64,000 nucleotides of DNA from an uncultured delta proteobacterium (lineage in GTDB: Bacteria > Myxococcota_A > Polyangia > Polyangiales > Polyangiaceae), in NCBI GenBank assembly GCA_963806225.1, contig CAWDXG010000001.1, positions 1,952,001-2,016,000 of the forward strand. Reading direction: 5' to 3'. Below are positions 9,316 to 21,224 of this stretch, in pieces (within the stretch, counting starts at the first letter, position 1; every line of letters begins with the position of its first letter). Below the pieces are notes generated by a model that was not told the DNA's origin, searched no databases, and worked only from the letters and a program-made list of their open reading frames with translations. A program made the position numbers and the translations under genes.

Positions 9316-10167
9316 CTAGCCTTCGGGGACCCGGCACCAGACGCGGACAATCACCGTTCCGCGCACGGTCCACGGCGTCACGTCCACGCGGTCGACCTCG
9401 TCGATCGACCCCACCGGGAGCCGGTGCAGCAGCCGTTCGGCCACGAAATCGCGGCGTGCCAGCTGGGACGAGAGCCGCGACAGCTCGGGGCCGCGGACCA
9501 CGAAGGTCGCCATCTCGAACACCTCCAGGGCTTCGGCGGCTCGGGCGTGGGTGCCCGATTCCGGTTCGCTGCCCGCGAGCGTGTTCTCGAGCTCGCGCCC
9601 GATTGCCGCCAGCGTGTCGCGACCCGCCGGTCGGGCCTCGGTGACGAGCTCCGGGCCCGAGTCCTGCGCCGGGCGGCGCTCGGTCCGCTCCTCGAAGCCG
9701 AGGGTGCTCTTCCGCGCGCGCACGCCGGTCGCCGGTTCCGCGACCAGCTCCTCGGCGATGGCGGACATCGTCTCCCGCCCCACGGCGGCATGTCCGAGCG
9801 CGATGTCCGGCGCCGAGCCGGGGCGGGGCGGCGCTTTCGGGGCGACCACGCGCCGCTCGGGCAGACTCTGCTCGTAGCCGGTGGTGCGGCGATCTCCCTG
9901 GCTCCCGGGATCGGGGCCCGGGTCCTGCTTCTTGGCCTGCGGAGCCGCCTGGGCCGTCTGGACCACGGCCACGAGCTCCTCGGCGATCGCCGCCAGGGTC
10001 TCGCGCCCTGCGGGGCCGTAGCCCACGCGGATTTCCGGCGTGGAGGTCTCGACCTGGCGGGCGGCGGCCTGGCGACTCGGCGGCGGAGGCGGCTCGGGTC
10101 GACGACCTGCACGGGCGTTGCGGCGTGGACGGCTGGATTTTGTCGGCTTGCGGGAGCTGGACGTCAA
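9316..10167 (-). CDS. Hypothetical protein with three internal GRETLAAIAEEL-like repeats
   Basis: Long ORF co-oriented with its neighbours. TTG at 10167 is preceded by GGAGG; the start is uncertain. Confidence 0.6.
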   Translation of the reverse strand: MTSSSRKPTKSSRPRRNARAGRRPEPPPPPSRQAAARQVETSTPEIRVGYGPAGRETLAAIAEELVAVVQTAQAAPQAKKQDPGPDPGSQGDRRTTGYEQSLPERRVVAPKAPPRPGSAPDIALGHAAVGRETMSAIAEELVAEPATGVRARKSTLGFEERTERRPAQDSGPELVTEARPAGRDTLAAIGRELENTLAGSEPESGTHARAAEALEVFEMATFVVRGPELSRLSSQLARRDFVAERLLHRLPVGSIDEVDRVDVTPWTVRGTVIVRVWCRVPEG

Positions 10168-10272
10168 ACAGCCTCCGGGGGGCAATCTACCCTTCAGTAT
10201 CGCACGGATCGACACCCCGCGGCGAAAGCTCCGGGGCGGCGGGCTTCTCCGGCAGCCAAGCGACTGGAATTA

Positions 10273-11695
10273 CTACGGAAGCTCGCTCTGGCCCATCAGG
10301 TAGCGGTCGATGCCGCGCGCCGCCCGCCGGCCGTCTGCGATCGCCCAGACGACGAGCGACTGGCCGCGCTGGCAGTCCCCGGCGGCGAACACCCCGGGCA
10401 GCGAGCTCATGAAGTCGGCGTCGACATCCACGTTGCCCCGGCGATCGAGCCTGAGCTCCAGGTCCTCGATCAGCCCTTCGTGCTCCGGGTGCACGAAGCC
10501 CATCGCCAGCAGCACCAGGTCGGCCTCGAGCTCGAAATCCGACCCCTGCACGCGCTGGAACCCGCCGTCCCGGAACTCCACCCGGACGCAGTGCAGCCGC
10601 TGCACGCGGCCCTCCGCGCCGCTGAAGCGCTCGGTGGACACGCTGAAGTCGCGCGTGCCGCCCTCTTGGTGCGAGCTCGATGTGCGCAGCATCAGGGGCC
10701 ACATCGGCCAAGGCGTGTTCGGCGAACGCTCGTCCGGCGGGCGCGGCATGATCTCGAAGCTGGTGACGCTGGTCGCGCCCTGTCGGTGCGAGGTGCCGAT
10801 GCAGTCGCTGCCGGTGTCGCCGCCGCCGATCACCACGACCCTCTTGCCGGTGGCGAGGATCGCGATCTCGTCGGGGACCGGGTCGCCCGCGTTGCGCCGG
10901 TTCTGCTGCTCGAGGAAATCCATCGCGAAGTGCACGCCGTCCAGCTCGCGCCCCGCTATCGGCAGATCCCGTGGCTTGCGGGAACCCATGGCCAGGCAGA
11001 TCGCGTCGAACCGATCGCGGAGCTCGGCCGCTGTCACGGAGCGTCCCACGTCGACTCCGGTCTCGAACACGACGCCCTCGGCGCGCATCTGTTCCACCCG
11101 GCGCTCGACCAGTCGCTTCTCCATCTTGAAGTCCGGAATGCCGTAGGTCAGAAGTCCGCCCAACCGGTCCGCCTTCTCGTAGACCGTCACGTCGTGCCCA
11201 GCGCGGGCCAGCTGCTGCGCGGCGGCGAGGCCTGCCGGCCCGGAACCCACGACGGCAACCTGCTTTTCGGTGCGCTGCCGGGCGGGTAGCGGCGTGACCA
11301 ACCCTTCTTCCCAGGCGCGGTCGATGATGGACTTCTCGATCAGCTTGATGCTGACCGGGTCGTCGTTGATGCCGAGCACGCAGGCAGCTTCACAGGGCGC
11401 CGGGCAGACGCGTCCGGTGAATTCCGGGAAGTTGTTGGTGGCATGTAGCAGGGCGATCGCGGCGCGCGGCCGGTCCCGGTACACGGCGTCGTTCCAATCC
11501 GGGATGAGGTTCTGGAGCGGGACAGCCGGTGTTGCAGAACGGGATCCCGCAGTCCATGCAGCGTGCGCCCTGCACGCCGAGCTCTTCCTGCACGACCGGC
11601 AGCTCGAACTCGTGGAAATCCCGCACCCGTTCCACGACCGGACGCTTCGGAGCGTCCTTGCGCTCGTACTCGAGGAAACCCGTGACCTTTCCCAC
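10273..11695 (-). CDS. gltD: Glutamate synthase small subunit (one frameshift near 11520)
   Basis: [12 protein letters not shown]...[10 protein letters not shown] in one frame; [22 protein letters not shown] and GGGDTGSDC in another. Removing one G from GGG at 11519-11521 restores [11 protein letters not shown]. Confidence 0.95.
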
Positions 11696-11697
11696 GG

Positions 11698-14600
11698 CTA
11701 CTCCGCCCCCGGCTGTTCGGCGTGGACGCGCGGCGCGGAGCCGCCGGACGCTTGCTCCCGGGTCTGTTCGAGCACCTTGCGGTACTCGACGGGGACGACC
11801 TTGACGAAGCGCGCGGCGGCTTCCTGCCAGCTGTCGAGCAGGCGCGCGGCCTTGACGCTTCCCGTACGCATGCGGTGCTCGGAGAGCAGCGCCGCGACCA
11901 GCGCGGCATCGTTGGTATCCAGCGGCTCGAGCTCCACCAGACCCATGTTGCAGCGGTCGGCAAAGTGTCCGTCCTCGTCGAGCACGTAGGCGAATCCGCC
12001 GCTCATGCCTGCGCCGAAGTTCCGGCCCGTGCGTCCGAGGACCACGACGTGCCCGCCCGTCATGTACTCGCAGCAGTGGTCGCCGACGCCCTCCACCACC
12101 GACAGCGCGCCGCTGTTCCGCACCGCGAAGCGCTCGCCCGCCGTGCCGCCGAAGAACGCCTTGCCGCCGGTCGCGCCGTACAGCGCGACGTTGCCGATGA
12201 TGACGTTGTCGGCTGCGGCGAAGGTCGCGCCCGCCGGCGGCCTGACCGCCAGCACCCCGCCCGACATCCCCTTGCCGACGTAGTCGTTGCCGTCCCCGGT
12301 GAGCGACAGCTCCATGCCTCCCGTGATGAACGCGCCGAAGCTCTGTCCGGCCGAACCGGTGAAGTCCAGACGGATGCTGCCTTCAGGCAGGCCGTCCCTG
12401 CCGTGACGGCGCGCGATTTCGCCGGCGAGCATGGCTCCCACGGTGCGGTGCACGTTCCGGATCGGCATCTCGACCTGCACCGGTCCGCGCCCGTCCAGCG
12501 CATCCCGGCAGCGCTCGATGAGCTGCACGTCCAGTGCGGCTCCGAGCCCGTGCTCCTGGGACTGCGTGCGGCACACGTCGACGCCGGGTCCGGCTTCTGC
12601 CGGCCTGAGCACGTCCGAGAAATCCAGCCGCGACGCCTTCCAGTGGTGGGACATGTCCCGCACGCGGATGCGATCCACGCGGCCCACCATCTCGCGCACG
12701 CTGCGGAAGCCGAGCCGCGCCATGTGCTCGCGCACTTCCTCGGCCACGTAGAACATGAACCGGATCACGTGCTCGGGCTTGCCGGTGAACTTCTTCCGGA
12801 GCACTGGATCCTGCGTCGCCACGCCGACCGGGCAGGTGTTGAGGTGGCATTTGCGCATCATGATGCAGCCGGACGCGACCAGCGGCGCCGTCGCGAACCC
12901 GAACTCCTCGGCGCCGAGCAACGCCGCGAGCACGACGTCGCGTCCGGTGCGCATCTGGCCGTCGGTCTGGACGATGACGCGGCTTCTGAGGTCGTTCTTC
13001 ACCAGCACCTGGTGCGTCTCGGCGAGTCCGAGCTCCCACGGCACGCCGGCGTGCTTGATCGATGTCTGCGGCGAGGCGCCCGTACCGCCGTCGTGACCGG
13101 AGATGAGGATCACGTCCGCGCGGGCCTTGGCCACGCCGGCCGCTACGGTCCCGACGCCGGCCTCTGCCACGAGCTTGACGCTGATGCGCGCCTGGGGATT
13201 GACGTTCTTCAGGTCGAAGATGAGCTGCGCGAGATCCTCGATTGAATAGATGTCGTGGTGGGGAGGCGGCGAGATCAGCGTTACCCCCGGCGTCGAATAG
13301 CGCGTCTTGGCGATGATCGCGTCGACCTTGTGCCCCGGCAGCTGTCCGCCTTCGCCAGGTTTGGCGCCCTGCGCGATCTTGATCTGCAGCTCCTCGGCGT
13401 TGACCAGGTACCACGTGGTCACGCCGAAACGACCCGACGCAACCTGCTTGATAGCGCTGCGGCGCCAGTCGCCGTTGGGATCGCGGCTGTAGCGATCTTC
13501 CTTCTCGCCGCCCTCGCCAGTGTTGCTCTTGCCGCCGATGCGGTTCATCGCGATAGCGAGGTTTTCGTGCGCCTCGGAGCTGATCGAGCCGAAGCTCATG
13601 GCGCCGGTCGCGAAGCGCTTGACGATCTCGCTGGCGGGTTCCACCTCGTCGAGCGACACCGACTGGGCAGCGGGTTCCAGCTCCCACAGGCTACGCAGCG
13701 TGATGGGGTGGTCGCCCTGCTCGTTGATGAGCTTCGCGTACTCGCGGTAGCTCTTGATGTCGTCCTCTCGCACGGCGCGCTGCAGCCGGGCGACCGTCTC
13801 CGGGCTCCACAGGTGCCGCTCGCCCTGCGCGCGGTAGTGGTACTGGCCGCCGAGCTCGAGCGTCTCGAACGTGGGCGCCCGCTTCGGGAACGCCGCCTCG
13901 TGACGCAGCCGGCACTCCTCGGCGATGGCGTCCAGGTCGATGCCCGAGATGCGCGACGCCGTCCCGGTGAAGTAACGCTCGATCACCTCGGGTGACAGCC
14001 CCAGCGCTTCGAAGATCTGCGCGCCGTGGTAGCTCTGCAGCGTGCTGATCCCCATCTTGCTCATGACCTTGAGCAGGCCCTTGTCGATCGCCTTGATGTA
14101 CTTCTCGTGGGCGACGGCTGCGTCGGACAGGCCAGGGAACAGGCCACCTTCCACCATGTCGGTGAGCGTGTCGAAGGCGAGGTAGGGGTTGACGCCGCCC
14201 GCGCCGTAGCCGGCGAGCAGGCAGAAGTGGTGGACCTCGCGCGCTTCCGCCGTCTCCACCAGGATGCCGCAGCGCATGCGCGTGCCGTTGCGCATCAGGT
14301 GATGATTCACCGCGGCCGTGGCGAGCAGGCTTGGCACCGGCGCCATGTGCTCGTTCGCGCCGCGATCGCTGAGGATGAGCAAGCTGTGGTTGTTCAGGAC
14401 GGCGAGGCTGGCCAGGCGGCAGAGCTCGTCCAGCGCGCCCTTCAATCCGGCGCCGCCCTCGTGGACCGGATACAGCATCGGCAGCGTCATGGGCTGCCGG
14501 AAGTGCAGCTGATGCGTGCCGCGCAGCTTCCCCAGGTCTTCGTTCGTGAGGATGGGTTGGGGGATCCTGAGCATCTGCGCGTGGTCGGGCAGCTCGAACA

Positions 14601-16251
14601 GCAGATTGCCCTCTCCGCCGATGTAGTTGACCAGGCTCATCACCAGCTCTTCGCGGATCGGATCCACCGCGGGGTTGGTGACCTGTGCGAAGTGTTGCTT
14701 GAAATAGTTGAACAGGAGCTGCGGTCGCTCGCTCAAGACGGCGAGCGGCGTGTCCGTGCCCATCGAACCGGTGGCTTCCTGTCCGGTGGAAGCCATGGGC
14801 GCCATCAAAAGGCGTCTGTCCTCCTCGGTGTAGCCGAAGATCTTCTGGCGTTGCAAAAGCTCGCTGCCCCGGCAGCTGGGCGGTATCTCGTCCACGTCGG
14901 AGATGTCGCCGATCGAGATGGTGTTGTCCTCGAGCCAGCGGCCATACGGACGCGACCCGGCGATCTGTGCCTTCAGCTCATCGTCCTCGATGATCCGGCC
15001 TTGTTCGGTATCCACCAGGAACATGCGGCCCGGTTCGAGCCTGCCCGTCCGCTCGACGTTGTCGGGCGACACGGCGAGCACGCCGGTTTCGGAAGCGAGC
15101 ACCACCAGCCCGTCCTTGGTGATGGTCCAGCGCGCGGGCCTGAGGCCGTTGCGGTCGAGAATGGCGCCGATCTGCCGGCCGTCGGTGAAGGTGAGCGCCG
15201 CCGGTCCGTCCCAGGGCTCGATCAGGCACGAGTGGTACTCGTAGAAGTCGCGCTTCGCGCGCGGCATGTGCTCGTCGTTCTGCCACGCTTCCGGAACCAG
15301 CATCATCATGACGTGGGGCAGGGGACGCCCCGCGTGCAGCAGGAGCTCGGCGACGTTGTCGAGCGTGGCGGAGTCGCTCCCGCCCGGAGTGATGGTCGGC
15401 AGCACGTGGCGGACGCTCTCCCCGAAGATCTGCCCGTCGAACAGCTGCTCGCGCGCCTTCATCCACGCCGTGTTGCCGCGCACGGTGTTGATCTCGCCGT
15501 TGTGGCACAGCATCCGGAACGGCTGCGCGAGCTCCCAGGTGGGAAAGGTGTTCGTGCTGAAGCGCTGGTGCACCATCGCCAGCGCGCTCACCATCTTCTC
15601 GTCGCAGAGGTCGGGATAGAACGCGGTGACCTGGTCGGCCAGCAGGAGACCCTTGTAGATGATCGTGTTCGACGACAGGCTGGGGATGTAGAAGCGGTCG
15701 CGGCCGGGCAGACCGCTGTCGCGTACGGCCGTCTCCGACCATTTGCGGATCACATACAGCTTGCGCTCGAACTGTTGCTGCGTCTCGCAGGTCGAGCCGA
15801 TGAACACCTGGAGGATCACGGGCGCGACTGCGCGGGCCAGTGGCCCCAGCGCGTCCTCGTCGACCGGCACCCGGCGCCAGCCGAGCAGGCGCTGGCCAGT
15901 GCCGGAGATCTTGTCCTCGAGGATCTGCGTGATGCGCAGGCGCTGCTTCTTGTCGCGGGGCAGGAACACCGAGCCGACGCCGTAGCGGCCGGGTTCGGGC
16001 AGCTTGATCCCGAGCGACTGGCACTTGTCGGCGAAGAAAGCGTGAGGCAGCTGGATCAGGATCCCCGCGCCGTCGCCGGTCAGCGGATCGCAGCCGCAGG
16101 CTCCGCGGTGCACGAGGTTCAGCAGGATGTCGACGCCCTTCTGCACGATGTCGTGCGAGGCCGCGCCCTGGATGTTGGCGACGAAGCCTACGCCACAGGC
16201 GTCGTGCTCGAAGCGCGGGTCGTACAGTCCGGAGCGGGGGGGAAGGGTCAT
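11698..16251 (-). CDS. gltB: Glutamate synthase large subunit
   Basis: [11 protein letters not shown] (Ntn Cys), [47 protein letters not shown]-terminal domain. Confidence 0.98.
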   Translation of the reverse strand: MTLPPRSGLYDPRFEHDACGVGFVANIQGAASHDIVQKGVDILLNLVHRGACGCDPLTGDGAGILIQLPHAFFADKCQSLGIKLPEPGRYGVGSVFLPRDKKQRLRITQILEDKISGTGQRLLGWRRVPVDEDALGPLARAVAPVILQVFIGSTCETQQQFERKLYVIRKWSETAVRDSGLPGRDRFYIPSLSSNTIIYKGLLLADQVTAFYPDLCDEKMVSALAMVHQRFSTNTFPTWELAQPFRMLCHNGEINTVRGNTAWMKAREQLFDGQIFGESVRHVLPTITPGGSDSATLDNVAELLLHAGRPLPHVMMMLVPEAWQNDEHMPRAKRDFYEYHSCLIEPWDGPAALTFTDGRQIGAILDRNGLRPARWTITKDGLVVLASETGVLAVSPDNVERTGRLEPGRMFLVDTEQGRIIEDDELKAQIAGSRPYGRWLEDNTISIGDISDVDEIPPSCRGSELLQRQKIFGYTEEDRRLLMAPMASTGQEATGSMGTDTPLAVLSERPQLLFNYFKQHFAQVTNPAVDPIREELVMSLVNYIGGEGNLLFELPDHAQMLRIPQPILTNEDLGKLRGTHQLHFRQPMTLPMLYPVHEGGAGLKGALDELCRLASLAVLNNHSLLILSDRGANEHMAPVPSLLATAAVNHHLMRNGTRMRCGILVETAEAREVHHFCLLAGYGAGGVNPYLAFDTLTDMVEGGLFPGLSDAAVAHEKYIKAIDKGLLKVMSKMGISTLQSYHGAQIFEALGLSPEVIERYFTGTASRISGIDLDAIAEECRLRHEAAFPKRAPTFETLELGGQYHYRAQGERHLWSPETVARLQRAVREDDIKSYREYAKLINEQGDHPITLRSLWELEPAAQSVSLDEVEPASEIVKRFATGAMSFGSISSEAHENLAIAMNRIGGKSNTGEGGEKEDRYSRDPNGDWRRSAIKQVASGRFGVTTWYLVNAEELQIKIAQGAKPGEGGQLPGHKVDAIIAKTRYSTPGVTLISPPPHHDIYSIEDLAQLIFDLKNVNPQARISVKLVAEAGVGTVAAGVAKARADVILISGHDGGTGASPQTSIKHAGVPWELGLAETHQVLVKNDLRSRVIVQTDGQMRTGRDVVLAALLGAEEFGFATAPLVASGCIMMRKCHLNTCPVGVATQDPVLRKKFTGKPEHVIRFMFYVAEEVREHMARLGFRSVREMVGRVDRIRVRDMSHHWKASRLDFSDVLRPAEAGPGVDVCRTQSQEHGLGAALDVQLIERCRDALDGRGPVQVEMPIRNVHRTVGAMLAGEIARRHGRDGLPEGSIRLDFTGSAGQSFGAFITGGMELSLTGDGNDYVGKGMSGGVLAVRPPAGATFAAADNVIIGNVALYGATGGKAFFGGTAGERFAVRNSGALSVVEGVGDHCCEYMTGGHVVVLGRTGRNFGAGMSGGFAYVLDEDGHFADRCNMGLVELEPLDTNDAALVAALLSEHRMRTGSVKAARLLDSWQEAAARFVKVVPVEYRKVLEQTREQASGGSAPRVHAEQPGAE

Positions 16252-16535
16252 CGCAGCTTGGGATACGGACAGAGCGGTTCGGCGGACCCACTTCGCTGTG
16301 GGCAGCGGGTCTGGCGGGCGCCGCGTCGAGGAGCACAGCACAAGGCTCCCCGCGGCGACGCTGGCCGGGCCATGGCCCGGGCAGACCCGGCGTTATTGGG
16401 CCACGGAGTGACGCGCCGCGCAAGCAACAGGAGGTCGGCCAGCCGGCCCCAGCGTTGCCCAGCGCCGGAATCCCTGCGGGGTGGGGCGCGCCGCGCCGTT
16501 GTGGTCCTGTGCGTGCACTGGTACGTGGCCGGATC

Positions 16536-17303
16536 ATGAAGCCGGCCACGTCACTGCGCCAGGCCGCAGCCCTCGCTGCCGTCGTCGCGCTCGCGCTCCT
16601 CGCCTGCAAGAAGAAGGCGCCGGCGCCCAAGCCCGTTCCGACCGTGGCCCCCAAGCCGGTGTCCACCGGCCCCTGTCCCAACGGCCACAGCATCGACCCG
16701 AAGCCCGGCGAGTTCCGGCCCTCGCAGACCGCGTTCAAGGACAAGCGCTACGACGAGGCCCAGATGCTGCTCGACCACTTGATCAAGAACTACCCGCACA
16801 GCGCCACGCTGCGCGTGTGGCGGGGCGACGCCGCGCTCTTCGAGCGTCACCTGTCCGACGGCAAGAAGAAATACCAGAAGGCCGCCGACGACGCGCTCGT
16901 GTTCTACAAGGAAGCGGAGAAGCTGCACAACCAGGAGTGCACGCTACCGGAAATCGAGCACTACTATCTCAGGATGGACAGCGCGTACGCCTACCTGCGC
17001 AAGGAAGACGCCGACTCCGCGCTCACGCAGCTCGAGATCGCCAAGAAGCATTGGTCCAACAGCGCCGAGGTCTTCTACACGCTGGCTCGCGTCTACTGCC
17101 TGAAGAAGGACGTTGACCAGTGCGCCGACAACTTCAAGCAGGCACTGGTCATTGCCAAGGCGCTCAGGCGTCCGCGCTTCCTCAGGACGCATCGCTCGCT
17201 GGATGACTGGATCCACCGCTCGCGGCGGCAGTCCGAGTTCGGGCCGCTCCGGCGCGACAAGCGCTACCGCGAGATCATCAAGAAGGTGAACGAGGACAAC
17301 TGA
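16536..17303 (+). CDS. TPR-like lipoprotein
   Basis: Signal peptide ending LLAC, followed by helical repeats (AEVFYTLARVYC). Confidence 0.7.
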   Translation: MKPATSLRQAAALAAVVALALLACKKKAPAPKPVPTVAPKPVSTGPCPNGHSIDPKPGEFRPSQTAFKDKRYDEAQMLLDHLIKNYPHSATLRVWRGDAALFERHLSDGKKKYQKAADDALVFYKEAEKLHNQECTLPEIEHYYLRMDSAYAYLRKEDADSALTQLEIAKKHWSNSAEVFYTLARVYCLKKDVDQCADNFKQALVIAKALRRPRFLRTHRSLDDWIHRSRRQSEFGPLRRDKRYREIIKKVNEDN

Positions 17304-17429
17304 CGGCGTCTGGAGCGCCTCGAACTTGCCTGCTTCCGACTCCCGCCCCCGTCTCCGCTTCGGGCATTTCGCAGCATGGGCCGTTTTCGTGCTGGCATTG
17401 GTCGAAGTCGTCGTGGCCGTTCTGCTGCG

Positions 17430-19056
17430 ATGACCCGAACAGAGCCCGCTCCTGCCGCGCGCTCCGGCCGCTGGCGTGCCGCAGCGCTGGGCGTCGCCGC
17501 GTTTTCCGGCTCGCTCCTGCTGCTGGTGTTGGTCTCGCTGCGCACGGGGCCGGCGTTCGCGGAGCTTGGCCGGTTGCGCGCCGTGGACGCCGCGACGGGG
17601 CTCGTGCAGGGCGCAGCGCAGGCTGGGCTCGCGGCGCTCGGCTCGACCTCGGCGCACCAGATCTACAAAGCGTTCGGTGGCCAGGGCACGCTGCTGGTGC
17701 TGCTGGGCGCCTGGTCGAAACTCAGCATCGGGCGCGTCGGGCTGCTCGGGCCGCTCGAGGCGGCGCGCCTGCCGTGGCTCGCGCTCGCTGCGCTCGCGCC
17801 GCTCCTGCTCTACGCCGTCGCGCGTCCGGCGCTCGGGCGGCGGGTCGCGGTGCTCGCGGCGTTGCTGCTCGCGCTTCTGCCGCGCTGGCTGCACGGCAGC
17901 GTCGTCGGCGGCGCCGGCGTGCCGATCGCGTGCAGCTGGCTCGTCGTTCTGGCGGCCTACGTCCGCTCGCTCGGCCCGCCGCGCGAGCGGTCCCGGCAGG
18001 ACTCGAAGGGGCGGCTTTGCTGGACCGTCGCGGCCGCCTGTGCGCTCGGCTTCGGCGCCGCGGTTTCGCTGGCGGCGCTCTGGGTTCTGCCACTCGTCGC
18101 GGTGCACTTCTGGGTCGCGCGCGCTCCGGCCACGCGCCGGCTCGCGCCCCGCGGTCGTGTTCCGGTGCCGGCGTTCGCGCTGTTTGCGCTGGCTTTTCTG
18201 CCGGCAGTCCTGTTGGCGTTGAATCCCGCGCTCTGGGGGCTCGAACGTCATCCAGATTGCGCGCTGGCTGCTCGCGCCGCTGGCCCCGGCGGTGCATCCC
18301 ACGCTGTACGCCGGCGCGCTGGTCGACTCGCCGCCGGTTCCGCTTGGCTACGCGCCGATCTGGCTGTCCACGTCGCTGCCGGCGGTGGTGCTCGTCTCTG
18401 CGCTGGTCGGCGTCGGCGTGGTGCTGCACCGCGGGCTCGCGCGGATCTTCGCTCGCGGGCCGCTGCGTCCGGGGCGCGATCGCCATGCCCTCGGCGCGCT
18501 GGCGCTGCTCGGGGCGGCGTTCGGCGCGATCGGACCGGCGCTCACGCCGGCCGTGCTCACCGTCTTCCCGCCGCGCGCGGCGCTCGCCTTGCCGTTCGTC
18601 GCGCTGCTGGCCGCGATCGGTCTGGAACGCGCGGCGCGGGTGGCTGCCGGCGATCGGCTGGCCGCGCTGCCGGCGGCGCTGGTGGTGCTCGTGGTCGGCT
18701 TCCTCGGGCTGCGCGCGCCCGGCACCAACTCCGCCTCCTACGACGTGCTGCTCGGCGGCGCCCGCTCCGGCGCAGCCCGCCGCGTGTTTCCGATCGGCGA
18801 CGGCAGCGAGCTCGGCGTGCTCGCGCGTCGCATCGACGCGCTCGGTCGCTCTCAGCTGACACTGCTCGCACCCGGAGTGCCCCCGGGGATCTGGAGCGAG
18901 CTGCGGGACGCGGGCCGCCTGCAGACGGCGATCGTGACCGCGCCGGTCGAGCGCCCGCACCAGCTCGTGCTCGAGCGCGGCAAGCCGAGCGGCGGCGAGG
19001 TCGTCGCCGCCGTACGCCGCGACGGCGCCGTGCTCTGGGCGCTCGTGCGCCGTTGA
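17430..19056 (+). CDS. Polytopic membrane protein, glycosyltransferase (GT-C/ArnT-like); frameshift near 18238
   Basis: Hydrophobic ORF with EAARLP, LLPRWLHGS and LNPALW, continuing in the 18292-19056 frame after a G5 run. Confidence 0.55.
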
Positions 19057-19057
19057 G

Positions 19058-19621
19058 CTATTTCGCGCCGTACACGTCGACGGCCACGCGTCCTTCGCCG
19101 CGGCGCAGGCGCACCCGGGCGCGGTACCTGCCCGCGGGCAGGCACACGGGCCCGGCGGAGTCGACCAGTGCGAACGGCGCTTGTAGAGCGTCCATGCCGT
19201 AGACGTGACCCGCGCTGTCCACGAGCGACAGCTCGAGATCGCCGACGCCCGGCCCGCCCGCTGCGATCGCGCGCACGCAGCGGGCGGCGCCGTCGAGCTT
19301 GAACGGCAGCTCTACCTGTTTCCCCACGGAAAGCTGCAGCGAGAGCGGCTGCGCCACGAGCGGCTGCATGCCCGGCGCGCAGCGCTTCGCGATCGCGTCG
19401 AGCAGGGGCGCGGCGCCCGCGTCGGTGGCCACGTCGCTCCAGCAGCCATCGGGCAGATAGGGCGGCAGCGGCGCCGCCGCGTCGGCGGAGGCCCGGGGCA
19501 CTGCCAGCTTGGAGGCGGACGGCCTGGGCGCGGCCGCCGTTTCCTCGTGCGCGTCGGCCGGAGGCGTGCCGTGGCAGCCGCTGACCAGCGCCGTCGCCAT
19601 GAGGATCGCAATCCGCTGCAC
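19058..19621 (-). CDS. Hypothetical lipoprotein
   Basis: Lipobox LVSGC; C-terminal beta-rich domain (DLELSLVD...GPVCLPAGRY). Confidence 0.65.
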   Translation of the reverse strand: MQRIAILMATALVSGCHGTPPADAHEETAAAPRPSASKLAVPRASADAAAPLPPYLPDGCWSDVATDAGAAPLLDAIAKRCAPGMQPLVAQPLSLQLSVGKQVELPFKLDGAARCVRAIAAGGPGVGDLELSLVDSAGHVYGMDALQAPFALVDSAGPVCLPAGRYRARVRLRRGEGRVAVDVYGAK

Positions 19622-19666
19622 GGATCAGGCGCTAGCGAGCGGTCGCCTGCTCGTCAAGCGGTGCGC

Positions 19667-20293
19667 TCAGCGTCGGCGCCGCGTCGCTTTGCTGTGCTCG
19701 GCGCGATCGCGCGAGCCGGTGACGGCGGTGTCCGCCGCGTAGGCGACTTCGCCGGTCACCAGCGAGCCCGGCACCGGCAGCTTCGGCACGATCAAGAGCT
19801 CGAGGTCCAGCCGCGTGTGGTCCTTGTCGATCGGTCGGATGTGCCACCAGGCGTCGAGGCGCTTGACGTTGCCCCTGACCATGTGGGCCTCGATGAGCTC
19901 GCCGTCGTGGACCTTCTTTGGCGGTTCGAAACGCACGACCGCCCAGATCTTCGCCGCGCCGCGCAGGATCGGCACCTGCAGGTACACGTCCGCCTTGCCG
20001 TGGTGGCGTCCCAGAACGCGCGATTTCTCGAAGCGCTGGATGAAGTCCGCGTAGTGCCCGTAGTCGAGCACGACCTTCTTCACCGTGGCAGCCGGCGCGC
20101 GCACCGCGATGCGCGCGGCGCCGGCGCGGATGCTGCTGAGCCGCGTCTGCACCTCGTAGCGCTCCGCTTTCTGGTGCTTCATCAGCCGCTTCGTCACCGC
20201 CGACGGCTCGGCAGATGCGGCCGACGCGCTGCCCGCGAACGCGAGCAGGGTGGCGAAGAACAACGTGCGTCGGGAAAGCTCCAGAGGTCTCAT
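19667..20293 (-). CDS. SRPBCC (polyketide cyclase/START-like) family secreted protein
   Basis: Signal peptide LSRRTLF...AGSASA; VRAPAATVKKVVLDYGHYADFI; GNVKRLDAWW. Confidence 0.7.
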   Translation of the reverse strand: MRPLELSRRTLFFATLLAFAGSASAASAEPSAVTKRLMKHQKAERYEVQTRLSSIRAGAARIAVRAPAATVKKVVLDYGHYADFIQRFEKSRVLGRHHGKADVYLQVPILRGAAKIWAVVRFEPPKKVHDGELIEAHMVRGNVKRLDAWWHIRPIDKDHTRLDLELLIVPKLPVPGSLVTGEVAYAADTAVTGSRDRAEHSKATRRRR

Positions 20294-20424
20294 ACCGGAG
20301 ACTGCCCGGTGCACGGCGCGTGCCGCTCCGGCTGCCCCCGGAAACCACGCGACAGCGGCTCGTATCGCGCGGCACCGTCGCCGCTCGTTTACAGGGTGTG
20401 CTTCTGACGCTCGTGCGCTCGCGA

Positions 20425-20769
20425 CTACAGCGGCGCCATCGTGCAATTTCCGGAGAACTGCACGCCCTTGTCCATGAAGATCTCGGGCGAGTGCAGGTTG
20501 CCGGTGACGGTCGCCGGTACGTGCAGCTCGATCGACTGCGCGGCGCGCACATTGCCCTGCACCGTGCCGCCCTTGATGATCACCGTGCCGACCTCGATCT
20601 CGGCGTCGACCTCGGCACCTTCGCCGATGATGAGCACGTCGGGGCTCCGGATCTCGCCCTTGAAGCTGCCGTCGATGCGCACCCGCCCCTCGAAGTGCAG
20701 CTTGCCCTCGAAGTGGGTGCCGCGGCCGAGCAGGGCGGTGATCTCGGTGGCGGGAAGCGCGGGATCCAT
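20425..20769 (-). CDS. Bactofilin (polymer-forming cytoskeletal protein)
   Basis: LLGRGTHFEGKLHFEGRVRIDGSFKGEI...GVQFSGNCTM beta-helix repeats. Confidence 0.92.
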   Translation of the reverse strand: MDPALPATEITALLGRGTHFEGKLHFEGRVRIDGSFKGEIRSPDVLIIGEGAEVDAEIEVGTVIIKGGTVQGNVRAAQSIELHVPATVTGNLHSPEIFMDKGVQFSGNCTMAPL

Positions 20770-20829
20770 GGGGCGCGCATCCTACCAGCCTCCGCGCCGC
20801 CGCCCAGCACGCCGTGATATGAGGCATAA

Positions 20830-20890
20830 TGCTACGATCCGGAGCGGTATTTGTAGCAATATGCGGCGGTGCCGTAGCAATTTGCTACAA
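20830..20890. promoter_or_regulatory. Candidate operator: palindrome GTAGCAA-T-TTGCTAC plus two further GTAGCA/TGCTAC boxes
   Basis: tgctac at 20830, gtagca at 20853, perfect inverted repeat at 20874-20888, all in a lower-GC divergent intergenic region. Confidence 0.45.
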
Positions 20891-21224
20891 TCTTGCCGTC
20901 CTACTTGGGGGTCCTGGCAGCCGCTCGGCTTCGCAGGGCCGTCCCGCGACGGATCCCCTGCGCGCCCCCGGACGCCCGCGTTCCGTCGTCAGCATATCGA
21001 CGCCAGGCACCCCCTGGGGCCGTGAGTCGGATAACGTGCGCCCGGGTCGTTTCTGGAACACCAATGATTCCAGCCTATTGACAGCGCGTCGCTTGTGGGA
21101 ACAGATCCTGCTTGCTGGACGGCCAGGCCGGGCGTGCGAGTGCGCGCGCGGTGGCGAATTGACGCTGCAGCGGCGTCGTGAGAGGAGCCGCTGTCGCAGT
21201 AACTGGAGCAGGCGAAGAAAAATC

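Noticed and set aside
11519..11521. Programmed frameshift or pseudogene in gltD
   Set aside because: One extra base in a short G run with no slippery heptamer, and many similar breaks across the window, point to sequencing error.
9274..16539. Long + strand ORFs (671, 507, 837 aa) opposite gltD/gltB, and similar antisense ORFs elsewhere
   Set aside because: These are shadow ORFs expected in high-GC DNA, where stops are rare; the opposite strand carries clear enzyme motifs.
21078..21106. Sigma-70 promoter (TTGACA-17 bp-ACAGAT)
   Set aside because: The -35 is perfect but the -10 is poor; not supportable without TSS data.
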